From the human T2T-CHM13v2.0 reference genome, Homo sapiens: a stretch of DNA of 64,000 nucleotides. Of the stretch, positions 1 to 13,894 are shown piece after piece. The position numbers and the translations under genes were made by a program. The DNA is taken from the NCBI RefSeq assembly GCF_009914755.1, contig NC_060926.1. One strand, given 5' to 3'. The notes under the pieces were generated by a model. It made no database searches. It had not been told where the DNA came from and saw nothing but the letters and a program-made list of their open reading frames with translations. Position 1 is the first letter of the stretch, and every line of letters begins with the position of its first letter.

Positions 1-1307
1 CAACATATAGATGACAAACTTTGACATGATGTTTAGAAAACTTGTGAGTAAAAGGATAGGCGATACGAATATTTCTAAAATTCAAAATCAGAAGCTTTTA
101 GGTTCATAAATCATATATTTTGAAAAATGAGCATATTTGGAAAGAATTATATATACATGGTTTAAAATTCTGGCGGCTCTTAAGAATATGCTATGAAGAC
201 TCCTTTCTGTTCCCTAGTTATTTACTTTCTCCACCCCCAAAGAAACTAATGTTATTGCTTTCTTGTGTGTTCTTCAGGAAATGTTTTATGCATCTCCAAG
301 TAAACACACATATATCCCCTGTCTTTAAAAGAAGGAGGAAAACGTTTGAACATTGCATTTACTTTATTTCCATTAACTGTATCTTGGAGATGTTTCCATG
401 TCAGTATATATAAAGGGTATTCTCATTAGTTTGGATGCTTGCATATTATTCCATTGTATGGATGTACTGTAGTTTTGGAGTTTTTAAAACCAGGGTCCTA
501 AAGCCAGGACATTAGCTTGCTTTTACTTTTTTTTTTAAATGCTACTTCAAGTAATTTAGCAATGATTAACTTGTGCCATGAATTCCTGAAAGAATTGCAG
601 TATCAAAGTATATCTGTGCATTTATAATTTTTAGAGCTGTTGCCAAATATCTAACCCTAAAGAGGTTGTATCAAATTACATTTCCACCACCAATTAAGAA
701 AGTGGTGATAGAATTAAAAGCCGATGCTCTAGTCACCCATATAGTTACTTTTGGCATGTTTCTAGTAAGTGGGCATTGCCTATGACTGGACGTTTTCAGT
801 GATGGACATTCATTACTTTTCAAGATAGCCCAGTGCATCTTTAGGTGGTTTGGCTCTTGGTACTTCCTTATATAGAATAAAAATATTCTTCAAGCCTTCT
901 ACCTGTTGGTCTTGTTTCTTCTTTTGATGATTTCTTTTATAAAATAATTTTAATATTTGAAGGCAGCTGTCACGTCTTCCCTTCGCCATTCTATTCATCA
1001 TGCTTTTTTTTTTTCATAGGTTATTGCATGAGGATCTCTTTAATTTCCTGGTTGTCCCATTTATTCCAGTGCTATCCCCTATTATCCATACTCTGAAAAT
1101 GTGTTATCTACAATGTGGCATTTCCAAGTGTCATTTCACCTGTACTTTTTAAAGTAGGGTGTCATATCTACTCAAATAGGACAACATCTGCTGTTGTCCT
1201 ATTTATGCAGGGTAGAAAAGTAATGTAATTAAATTTTCCATTTCTCTGAATGTAACATGAATGTGCTTTTAGTAGAAACTAATTTCTCAGAGCTGCTCTG
1301 TGTATGC

Positions 1308-1938
1308 TTTTTTTTTTTTTTTCTTTTGTTGGAGATAGGGTCTCACTCTGTCGCCCAAGCTGGAGCACAGTGGCATGATCATGGCTCACTGCAGCCTTGA
1401 CCTCCTGGATTTAAGTGATCCTCCTGCCTCAGCCTCCTGAGTAGCTGGGACCACAGGTGTGTGCCACCATGCCTGGCTAATTAAAAAAAACTTTTTTTAG
1501 AGATAGGGTCTCACCGTGTTGTTCAGGCTGGTCTTGAACTCTGGGCTCAAGTGATCCCCCCACCTTGGCCTCCCAAAGTGCTGGGATTACAGGTGTGAGC
1601 CAACATGTCTGGCCCCTCTCTTTTTTTTTTTTTTTTTTGCGATGGAGTCTCGCTCTTTCACCCAGGCCGGAGTGCAATGGCACAGTCTCGGCGCACTACA
1701 ACCTCTGCCTCCCAGGTTCAAGCTATCCTTGTGCCTCAGCCTCCCGTGTAGCTGGAATTAACAGGTGTGTGCCACCACGCCTGGCTCTTTGTTTTCTTTT
1801 TTTATTTTTAGTAGAGACTGGGTTTCACCATGTTGGCCAGGCTGGTCTCGAACTCCTGACCTCAAGTGATCAGCCCACCTTGGCCTCCCAGACAGAGTGT
1901 TGGGATTACAGGTGTGAGCCACCACGCCTGTACCTGGC
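1308..1938 (-). mobile_element. Two tandem Alus (~1308-1614 and ~1620-1938)
   Basis: Poly-T followed by antisense Alu arms. Confidence 0.9.
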
Positions 1939-2121
1939 CTATCTTTCATAGGTTATATAAATTCCTTGGTTCCCAGTTTTTGCAGTCTTTTCCAATTCAG
2001 TTTAATTAATGGTTAACTGTTCATTCATTATCAAAAAAAGTACAGTGTAATAGATAAGACCATGTTACTATTAGAAGTATGGGTATCATCAAATTAAGAT
2101 TTTTGATTCTAAAATTATTAG

Positions 2122-2209
2122 GTTCCAAGACCAAAGATTAAATTAATAAAAGGTGAAGCTGGACAAAATCTGCTGGAAATGATGGCCTGTGACCGACTGA
2201 GCCAATCAG
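2122..2209 (+). CDS. RGPD4: RGPD exon (RANBP2 exon 8 equivalent), VPRPKIKLIKGEAGQNLLEMMACDRLSQSG
   Basis: ttattag|GTTCCA...AATCAG|gtaata; 88 nt. Confidence 0.93.
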
Positions 2210-3199
2210 GTAATAGTAATATTAAACTAATTTAATTTAAAAAGAAAAAGGAATTTCTGTTAAGGCATATCTTATGATAAAATCTCCATCTGTCCAGGAG
2301 ATAATTTGTCAAAATTATTTCTTTTCGCCGTATCAGTTAAGAGCAATAGGTATGGAAGAGATGCGAAGAAATAGCACATTCTTTTAAAAAAATGAATATT
2401 TGATATTGTTTGTTCCTATGTGGAGAGGATTTCTTAACTCTTTCTTCATCTGGCTGCTAGAGCCTCTATCCTGAATATTTAGTCACTTCCTGAACTAAGT
2501 ATAATTATTGATTTGCCAACCATTTAACACCAGCTGATTCTAAAAACACTGCTGTGGGGATATAAAGATGAAGAAGATACGCATCTGTCTTAAAGAACTG
2601 AGAGCATAGTGAGGAAGATAGAAGATATATACTTACCTTATATTAGGCTCTTGGAATTTGTGGATTTTTTCCCCCATTTTTGGCTTGGGATGAATCCTAA
2701 AGGTCTGTTGCGTATTACCTGTGATTTTGCTAAGATACAAACTTTAAGGTAGTTAGATGGCCATTGAATCAAGCAGTGAACTGAAGAAACATAATGCTTT
2801 CTATAAGGAGCAGTTCTGATATAAAATTGGATGAATTTTGTAAAGAGCAAGATGTAATATTAATCAAAGTTATTATAAGCTTTGGTGTATAGTTAGGCTG
2901 TTGGCCAAAGCTCACATTGCTCTTTTATTCCATAGCCCACTTTTTTTGTGGGAGTTAGGCTTTCAGTCCTTAAAGTGACTTTCTACTTTTTTCCTTTTCT
3001 CTTTTCCTTCTACCCTTGCAGGGCTCTCATAAGTGCCTTTGCGTGGTGTCACAGTTAGATAAAAATTGCCTGTATTTTTTTTTATGTCTTTGATCTGGGC
3101 ATCCCGAGGGTGCCTCTGTAAGTGTGCTGAGACACAACTGTGTAGTGGTAACCAAACCTAATTGCCCAGCAGAATTAACTCGAAGGAGGGTTTTTTTAA

Positions 3200-3540
3200 A
3201 AAGTTCAATTGAAATATAATTCGTATACCATACGCTTCACCCATTTAAAGTGTACAGTTCAGTGGCTTTTACTATGTTCATAGAGTATTATCACTGTCAC
3301 CACAGTCAGTTTTAGAAGATTTTCATCACTCCATGAGGAATTCCTTACCTATTAGCAGTTACTCCCCATTTTACCCAAACCTCTCAGCCTTGGCAACCGC
3401 TAATCTGTCTCTGTAGGTTTGCCTCTTCTGAACATTTCACATAAATGGAATCATATAGTATGTGGTCTTTTGTGACTGGCTTCTTTCATTTAGCAAGGTT
3501 TTCAAGGTTCATCTGTGTTATAGCATGTATCAGTACTTTA
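3200..3540 (-). mobile_element. Old L1M 3' fragment
   Basis: cccatttaaagtgtacag...ataaatggaatcatatagtatgtggtctttt, typical of antisense L1MB-type 3' ends. Confidence 0.65.
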
Positions 3541-3619
3541 TCCGAGGACTATGATTTTTTGATTGCTTACTGTAAACCTATGGCATAAAAATCTCTGGGA
3601 ACAAGGCCTGGAAATAATT

Positions 3620-3927
3620 CTTTTTTTTTTTTTTTTCCTGAGACAGTCTTACTCTGTCGCCCGGGCTGGAGGGCAGTGGCGTGATCTCGGCTCAATGCAA
3701 GCTCCGCCTCCCGGGTTCACACCATTCTCCTCCCTCAGCCTCCCCAGTAGCTGGGACTACAGGCACCCGCCACCAGGGCCGGCTAATTTTTTTTGTGTGT
3801 GTATTTTTAGTAGAGATGGGGTTTCACTGTGTTAGCCAGGATGGTCTTGATCTCCTGACCTCATTATCCACCCAGCTTGGCCTCCCAAAGTGCTGGGATT
3901 ACAAGCATGAGCCACCATGCCCAGCTG
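3620..3927 (-). mobile_element. AluY-like element with TSD ggaaataattctt
   Basis: Full antisense Alu; TSD seen on both sides. Confidence 0.92.
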
Positions 3928-4325
3928 GAAATAATTCTTAAAAGCTGTTTAAAGGAGGATTCTGATGAGCCAGGTTTAGAAATCAGTGTATCAGATCAGA
4001 GAATAAGAGCTTGTCCCTGTTCTCCTATGGCCACTTAAATCCAGACCTTTTCATCTAAAATGCAAATACGTTTGGCATTTTTCATACACATTCCTGTCTT
4101 TTTTCCCCCTTCTGCTGTCTTATGTAGATACTGAGAATATTAAACCTGTACTCTTTTCATTTGCTACATAAGCACCCGTTTTGTTGTCCAGCTGTATTTT
4201 TTGGGTTGGAGGGTTAGGTCTGCAATAATCATATTATTTCCCCTTTGGGTATACAAATGAGACAACGTGAGCAAATACAATCTGTATTTTTAAAGTGATG
4301 GAAATAACTTAAATTTTTTTTTCAG

Positions 4326-4535
4326 GGCACATGTTGCTAAACTTAAGTCGTGGCAAGCAAGATTTTTTAAAAGTGGTTGTTGAAACTTTTGCCAACAAAA
4401 GCGGGCAGTCTGCATTATATGATGCTCTGTTTTCTAGTCAGTCACCTAAGGATACATCTTTTCTTGGTAGCGATGATATTGGAAACATTGATGTACAAGA
4501 ACCAGAGCTTGAAGATTTGGCTAGATACGATGTTG
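4326..4535 (+). CDS. RGPD4: RGPD exon 9 equivalent, HMLLNLSRGKQ...LARYDVG
   Basis: tttcag|GGCAC...TGTTG|gtaagt; 210 nt; overlaps track ORF 4331. Confidence 0.95.
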
Positions 4536-4699
4536 GTAAGTTATATGTTTCAGAGGAAATGGTCTCCGTCTTAATTCTTATAAATTGCCCATAATCTTAT
4601 TACCCAGAAATAACGACTTAATATTTTCCTGTATTCCTTTTGTGTGTGGGTTGGGCTGGGGGGAGTTTGAATGTGGTGCTGTGGGGGTGGCATGTATTT

Positions 4700-5602
<903 letters not shown>

Positions 5603-5963
5603 ATATTTTTCATCTAAATGGTTATGTATGATTTATCTTGCTTCCTTCATGAATTCTCTCCCATAGTCTCTGTATTAAAACTATAAATATCACTTTTATT
5701 GGCAATATAATCTTTTTTATGAAGTAGTCATAATTTGCTTGCTACTTTCTGTTATTGGGCATCCAAGTTTTCTCAACTTTTCCACTGTTAATAATCATAC
5801 TCTGATAAAAACTTCAACAAAAAGTGTCTTCATGGCAAGTTATTTCCATAGAGATACCTATATACATAATTACTGAGACAAAGGACATGAACATCTTTAA
5901 GTCTTGCAAATTGCCAAAATGACAGAAAGATTATACCTCTTCATGCTTCCAGAAGCACATAAC

Positions 5964-6243
5964 CTTTTCTTTTCTTTTCTTTTCTTTTCTTTTCTTTTCT
6001 TTTCTTTTCTTTTCTTTTCTTTTTTTTGAGACAGAGTCTCACTCTGTCACCCAGGCTGGAGCGCAGTGGCGCAATCTTGGCTCACTGCAACTTCCGCCTG
6101 CCAGGTTCAAGCAATTGTCTTGCCTCAGCCTCCCACGTAGCTGGGACTATAGGCACGTGACACCGTGCTCGGCTAATTTTTTGTATTTTTAGTAGAGGCG
6201 GAGTTTCACCATGCTGGCCAGGCTGGTCTCGAACTCCTGACTG
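5964..6243 (-). mobile_element. 5'-truncated Alu with a (TTTTC)n microsatellite tail
   Basis: (TTTTC)n at 5964-6020; TSD gc(a/g)cataaccttttc. Confidence 0.88.
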
Positions 6244-6684
6244 CGCATAACCTTTTCAATATTGACTTTCTTGTAGAAAAACAGATTTCTTTACTGTACT
6301 GATGGATTATATAGTGGTGTTCCATTGCTTTAATGACTTAAAGGAAAACCCATTGTTTTGGGGTTTCTTATTAGGTTAGGTGTTCTTTATTTGGCTTTTG
6401 TCAGTTGATTTTGGTTTATTGAGTTCTAGTCAGTGTCATTTTTTAAGATGGACTTAAACATTCTTCATCACTACTATTTTTATTAAAATTTCTAGAAATA
6501 ATCAAGTGAGAATGCATTTAATAAGAACATGAGATTTTGCCTAACATAGAATTCCCTCCAGCTTTGATATAGAAAAGCAGTTATATAATTAAGATATATA
6601 TAATGTGAATTGTTTATGTTGGCAAAACTAATGGCACAAGGAAAAATTTCAAACCCTTAAGCCAATTTTTTTATTTTATTTCAG

Positions 6685-6866
6685 GTGCTATTCGAGCACA
6701 TAATGGTAGTCTTCAGCACCTTACTTGGCTTGGCTTACAGTGGAATTCATTGCCTGCTTTACCTGGAATCCGAAAATGGCTAAAACAGCTTTTCCATCAT
6801 TTGCCCCAGGAAACCTCAAGGCTTGAAACAAATGCACCTGAATCAATATGTATTTTAGATCTTGAA
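6685..6866 (+). CDS. RGPD4: RGPD exon 10 equivalent, AIRAHNGSLQHLTW...ICILDLE
   Basis: tttcag|GTGCT...CTTGAA|gtaagc; 182 nt. Confidence 0.95.
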
Positions 6867-6949
6867 GTAAGCAAAGATTTTAACAAATTAAATATTCTGA
6901 ATTTTGTTTAATTTTTTTTTCTAACTTAACTTTTCCTTAAATAAAACAG

Positions 6950-7125
6950 GTATTTCTCCTTGGAGTAGTATATACCAGCCACTTACAATTAAAGGAGAAA
7001 TGTAATTCTCACCACAGCTCCTATCAGCCGTTATGCCTGCCCCTTCCTGTATGTAAACAGCTTTGTACAGAAGGACAAAAATCTTGGTGGGATGCGGTTT
7101 GTACTCTGATTCACAGAAAAGCAGT
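6950..7125 (+). CDS. RGPD4: RGPD exon 11 equivalent, VFLLGVVYTSHLQ...IHRKAV
   Basis: aaacag|GTATTT...GCAGT|gtaagt; 176 nt. Confidence 0.95.
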
Positions 7126-7292
7126 GTAAGTAGTAAAACAAAAATATTGCTTTCACTTAGTGCGTAGGTTTTACCAGGGATTTAATCCTCATGTGAAGAT
7201 TTAATTTGTCATGTGACCCATTAACATATATGTATGTAAGCGCTGAACTGTGTATTTAGAAAGCAATTTTAGTAAATTGAACTATTTTTTAG

Positions 7293-7416
7293 ACCTGGAA
7301 ACTCAGCAAAATTGAGACTTTTAGTTCAGCATGAAATAAACACTCTAAGAGCCCAGGAAAAACATGGCCTTCAACCTGCTCTGCTTGTACATTGGGCAAA
7401 ATGCCTTCAGAAAATG
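7293..7416 (+). CDS. RGPD4: RGPD exon 12 equivalent, PGNSAKLRLL...WAKCLQKM
   Basis: ttttag|ACCTG...AAAATG|gtgagt; 124 nt. Confidence 0.95.
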
Positions 7417-7910
7417 GTGAGTTTTAAAGTATAAGCATTTTAAAAGAACATTACCTTAATTTTTTAAAATCATGAACTTTTTATTGAAAGTTTTTTTGTT
7501 CTGAAAACAGCAGCTTTGTCATATTATGACAGATGTGTTTTTTATTGCTGCAAAATAGTTAATGTAGTTAAATATAAGCACTTAGAGGAGCAATGCCTGG
7601 CACACAGTGAATGTTACATATTAGCTGAGCTGTTACTGTTATGCCTTAATAATTAAGTTCTGATAATTATTCAGCCTGAAAATTAAAAAAAAATTAGCAC
7701 AAGGCTTTGTAGGTAAGACCATTATAGATCTTTCTAAATATTTAAGGTGTGTTTTGTGTCACCATTAGGTGTAGATGGTCAGCCTTTTGAACAAACTGAC
7801 ACTACAGAAGAGGCAGGTTTCAGCTATCTAAAAATGGCAACTGTTAAAAAGCAGTTGGGATTGCTACGTTAGGGTGGTATCATTAGAAGCATTTAAAAGT
7901 TGAGTGTAGA

Positions 7911-8160
7911 GGCCGGGTGCGGTGGCTCACACCTGTAATCCCAGCACGTTAGGAGGCCGAGGCGGGCAGATCACAAGGTCAGGAGATCGAGATCATTCCT
8001 GGCTAACACGGTGAAACCCCGTCTCTACTAAAAATACAAAAAAAACTCTACTAAAACTACAAAATTAGCCAGACATGGTGGCAGGTGCCTGTAATCCCAG
8101 CTACTTGGGAAGCTGAGGCAGGAGAATTGCTTGAACCTGCACGGCAGAGGTTGCAGTGAG
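7911..8160 (+). mobile_element. Alu lacking its 3' end and poly(A) tail
   Basis: ggccgggtgcggtgg... ends at gcagtgag. Confidence 0.88.
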
Positions 8161-8336
8161 TTCACTGGTATTAAGGTGGTTTAGTTATTACAGTATTTAG
8201 AAGTTGAACAAATGACTATTGAGGTACCATTTGGTTTTGACTTGAAATTTTAGCCAGTTCTTACAACTTGTAAATGAACTTTAGATCTAATCATGCGTGT
8301 TCCTTAAAGTTGTGTGCTTTTAACTTTCTTTTTTAG

Positions 8337-8498
8337 GGCAGTGGTCTTAATTCTTTTTATGATCAACGAGAATACATAGGGAGAAGTGTTCATTATTGGA
8401 AGAAAGTTTTGCCATTGTTGAAGATAATAAAAAAGAAGAACAGTATTCCTGAACCTATTGATCCTCTGTTTAAACATTTTCATAGTGTAGACATTCAG
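8337..8498 (+). CDS. RGPD4: RGPD exon 13 equivalent, GSGLNSFYDQREY...HSVDIQ
   Basis: ttttag|GGCAG...ATTCAG|gtaaca; 162 nt. Confidence 0.95.
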
Positions 8499-8764
8499 GT
8501 AACAGAGTTCCTTTATGAATTTATTGGAGATGGGAATTTCCAGTTTATAAACAAAGACATGGAGCTATACACTGCTTAAATTAATTGCCTTGTTATTTAA
8601 CGGTAATCTTGTTTTCTAAATTCACTAGCTCTCACAGATAAGATATGACAGAGAAGAATAATGAGATGTTTGTCTCTTAAGATCATATAAAATCTTTGGA
8701 AAATCATTTGGGTTTTATATTCTGAGTATAAACAATTTGACTAAAAACTATTCTGTGTGTTTAG

Positions 8765-8902
8765 GCATCAGAAATTGTTGAATATGAAGAAGACGCACAC
8801 GTAACTTTTGCTATATTGGATGCAGTAAATGGAAATATAGAAGATGCTATGACTGCTTTTGAATCTATAAAAAGTGTTGTTTCTTATTGGAATCTTGCAC
8901 TG
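8765..8902 (+). CDS. RGPD4: RGPD exon 14 equivalent, ASEIVEYEEDAHVTFAI...YWNLAL
   Basis: gtttag|GCATC...GCACTG|gtaagt; 138 nt. Confidence 0.95.
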
Positions 8903-8934
8903 GTAAGTAGATGCAGTACTTGAGCTAAAAGTTT

Positions 8935-9105
8935 TATTTATTTATTTATTATTTCTTTTAAAAGATGGGGTTTCTCTGCTGGCCAGGCTAGAGTGCAGTG
9001 GCACAATCTTGGCTCACTGCAACCTCTGCTTCCCAGGCTCAAGCGATTCTTGTGCCTCAGCTCCCGAGTAGCTGGGATTACAGGCATGAGCCACCATGCG
9101 TGGCC
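8935..9105 (-). mobile_element. Alu monomer
   Basis: Single arm with (ttta)n tail in the exon 14-15 intron. Confidence 0.8.
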
Positions 9106-9164
9106 AAGCTGAAAGTTTTTTGTTTTAAAAAGCTAATGATTTCATAAAAGCATTATTTGTATAG

Positions 9165-9311
9165 ATTTTTCACAGGAAGGCAGAAGACATTGCAAATGAT
9201 GCCCTTTCTCCTGAAGAACAAGAAGAATGCAAAAATTATCTGAGAAAGACCAGGGGCTACCTAATAAAGATTTTAGATGACAGTGATTCAAATCTTTCAG
9301 TGGTCAAGAAA
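9165..9311 (+). CDS. RGPD4: RGPD exon 15 equivalent, IFHRKAEDIAND...LSVVKK
   Basis: gtatag|ATTTTT...AAGAAA|gtaagt; 147 nt. Confidence 0.93.
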
Positions 9312-10249
9312 GTAAGTAGCAGGTTGTTGTATGTACGTTCTTACTGATAACCCACTGGTCAGTGTTTTTGCGTTGGTCTTATATTTTGGTAATTTCAAAA
9401 ATACTCAGTAATATGTTGTTATTAATGCACAGAAGGGATGTGTGTGTCTAAATGCTTAGATTTGCTTGCTTTGTCTTAGGTTTGGTGTGTCTTTTTAAAC
9501 TTGGGAATCTAGGTATATGCTCTTAAAAAGTACTTCTTGGGGAATTAGAAAAGATTTCTAAGATAAGACATTGATTTTGTTATCTTAGCAGTGTAATCAA
9601 AACAAATATTATAACCTCAGGACTAATTCTTAATGAACTTTGCTGAAATTGAAAGTTGCTGACAACTTAAGAGCATTTCTTCTCATCGTCATCAGCCATT
9701 ATGAACGCCCTTGTTTTCTTGCTGTCAGCTGTTTGAGATTGTCATGATGATGTTAAATTATGTTCAGTCTTCTGAGTGTTTTGTTGGTTAATTTGTGTTA
9801 CTACTCTTTTATTAGGATTTATGTTGTCTGGTGTATTGTAGCATCTGTATTTCTGTCACCATTGAAAATCAGTTAGAAAACATCAGTAACTTATTTTGTT
9901 CACTTGGAAAAGCTTTCCAAGTTAACATTCCTCTACAATTATCATGGTTAACAGAAGTAATAGAAAGAGCATGGACTTTAGAATCAGAAGATGTTAGATT
10001 GTACAACACTTTTCTGTGTTCATGAAGGAAAAAATAGAATAAAGACAAAAAAATAAAAATAATACAAAACAGCAGAAAAACAAAGAAAAAAGATAATTAA
10101 AAAACACTTTCATGTGTATTATTATTTAAAGTGTAAAGTGCTTATTAAAGTGACAAAAATGTAAATAAGATAAAATATATCATTTTAGAGTTTTTACTTT
10201 TGGAATTTTTTGCAAATGAAAGCCCTTAATTAATGTCTTTTATTTTTAG

Positions 10250-10429
10250 TTGCCTGTGCCCCTGGAGTCTGTAAAACAGATGCTTAAGTCAGTCATGCAG
10301 GAACTCGAAAACTATAGTGAAGGAGGTCCTCTCTATAAAAATGGTTCTTTGCGAAATGCGGATTCAGAAATAAAACATTCTACACCATCTCCTACCAAAT
10401 ATTCACTATCACCAAGTAAAAGTTACAAG
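10250..10429 (+). CDS. RGPD4: RGPD exon 16 equivalent, LPVPLESVKQML...SPSKSYK
   Basis: ttttag|TTGCC...TACAAG|gtaaac; 180 nt. Confidence 0.95.
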
Positions 10430-10516
10430 GTAAACAGGAAAGAATGGAATCATTTCATTGTGAAATTGTTTCTAAGTGTTTTAAATGCTCTTTTGTGATT
10501 TTTATTTTTTTTTTAG

Positions 10517-10600
10517 TATTCTCCCAAAACACCACCTCGATGGACAGAAGATCAGAATTCTTTACTGAAAATGATTCGCCAAGAAGTAAAGGCCATTATG
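10517..10600 (+). CDS. RGPD4: RGPD exon 17 equivalent, YSPKTPPRWTEDQNSLLKMIRQEVKAIM
   Basis: ttttag|TATTC...ATTATG|gtaagt; 84 nt. Confidence 0.94.
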
Positions 10601-10732
10601 GTAAGTCACTTAATTTCTCTAGCTGTACTTTTTATTCCAAGATTCCTTCCCTGGCCACTCTCTCACTTTTTTTCTGAAGCTGGTCAGAATGTCCCCTTGC
10701 CATCCAAATAGTATGGCAAGGGGACATTTTGG

Positions 10733-11449
<717 letters not shown>

Positions 11450-13356
11450 TAAAATATAAGAGTTCCTGACACAGAGAAGGTTCCCGAGTGATTGAACTGC
11501 TACAATGTACTAATCATACTCTGGTCTATGAGTTCATTCCCAGATTAGCTGTGGATTACATGTGTTTCAAATGTATAGCTAGGAATTGAAAAGTGGTCTG
11601 AGCTTCAAAAAGTCTTACTATATTTTAATACTTCCATATGAATTTGACTTAATTATGTAAGGAAATAGTTATGTATATATATCGTATTTTAACAATAGGG
11701 TTCAAAGGAGCTTGACTTTTTTGGAATTGGAAATAAAAGTAGGTTCTTTCATGTTTATCAGGCAAGAACTAAATTATACTGCTAAAGTTACATCAAGGAT
11801 ATGCTGATGTGTGGCGATTATTACAGTGTGATCAGCAGTATTTGCAAATTAAGAGAATACTATTTGGTGGGGAAGACATTTTTGAATTTGCACAAAAATC
11901 TTGAATGTTAATTCTGTGTAGTCATGGCCTATGACAATTACATACAATTTTGACTTAACATACAGGTTTCAGGCTCCCAACATTGTATTCTGTGGAAGTA
12001 TAGTGGAGCACTGGTCCATGAGCTTGAAAAGCTTGGTACTAGTACTGACTCTGCCATTAATTAATGATCTTGGGCCAGTCACTTCCTTTGTGACCGTTTG
12101 GCTTCTTATCTTTAAAATGAGAGAATTATCGAAGCCAGTTCTCATCACACTGAATGTTAAAAATTACAGTTACAGCAGTGATTGCAAATTCAAAGCTCTG
12201 GTGCAGATACCAGCAGTGACCATAAAGTTTTCTAGGTGATTCCACTAGTTTCTTATTTCTTGGATGTGTATGTGTAGCATCTGGACTAGGCACTGTAGAT
12301 GGATGAGTGGGGGAAATTTTATTTAGCTTGAAAATTGAGATAGTTTTGGACCTCATGGTTAGGTCTTTCTGGGAAATTTTTATTTGAAACACTTGTAGAA
12401 AAAGAAAGCAGACATGCTAGATCTGTCCCTGACCTCACTTGTTAGAACTGGTCGGATTCCTGGGCTGATACAGAGAAGTTTGAAACTTTTCAAAATTTAC
12501 CTGTTTTCTGATACCACTACAATTTCTTTGGAAAAAGAATTTCCTGTTAAGTGTCTGTTTTGTAAGGGGACATTTTGTAGGTTCTAGGGTGTTGGGTATG
12601 GTGCTGTCATTTAGTTTTCTTCAGCAGAGATGAGGTAGCCACATAGCTACACTAGACGGCATTGTATCTATCTGCCATCTTGTCAAGGCAGCAGAGTTGT
12701 GTTAAGAAAACATTTTTGGAGTCAGATGTGGTTCAAATTCCAGCTGTTATTCCCTGCATCCCTTTCTCTCATTTTAAGATAGGAGCTAATATTGTTTACC
12801 TAACAGTGTAGATAGTATAAAAATTAAGAGTTTAAGTGCATTGGACGTATTATTATATACATAATAAATTCTCTGCAGCTACTACTTTTTTCCCTTTCCT
12901 GGTGGAGCATTTGAACATCACCTTGAGAATTAGTTGTATTCTGTTTGAACACAGGGTTAAGTGAAAAGCTAATTTGGGGAGGTGATTTGGAATGTCAGGT
13001 AGTCCAGATTGCAGTGTAGAAAGAACACACTGAAAGGATGGTCAGTGTAATGTTAGAGGACTGTGAAAGTTGGGGAAAGAAGTTTAGTTTGTAGGTACTT
13101 GTTTTTTTGAGCAGGGAATTGTCTTGGCTGGAGGTGAACGTCAGAAAGGTTAATGTAGGCAAGTGTAGAATGGAAATGAAGGTGTGATCATTTAGGAGGT
13201 TATTTGTTTAGGTGAGAGAGTTAATGAATTAAGTTTTGTATTAACGAATGAAAATGGGAGCAGATAAATTTTTAACAAATTAAGAATCATATTTTAAAAT
13301 CAGCACCAGGTACCTAGAACTCATTGGCAAATAGAAACTTTCAAAAGATATAATCA

Positions 13357-13667
<311 letters not shown>

Positions 13668-13758
13668 TTAAATTTAAAAGAGTAAGTTTCCCCAGCACTG
13701 TTTCTGGCATGATATAATTAAATGATTAAAATTATTTGATTTTTTTTTCTTCCAATAG

Positions 13759-13894
13759 GAAGAAATGCAGGAGTTGAAACTAAATAGCAGTAAGTCAGCA
13801 TCCCATCATCGTTGGCCCACAGAGAATTATGGACCAGACTCGGTGCCTGATGGATATCAGGGGTCACAGACATTTCATGGGGCTCCACTAACAG
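13759..13894 (+). CDS. RGPD4: RGPD exon 18 equivalent, EEMQELKLNSS...HGAPLT
   Basis: caatag|GAAGAA...TAACAG|gtgagc; 136 nt. Confidence 0.94.
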
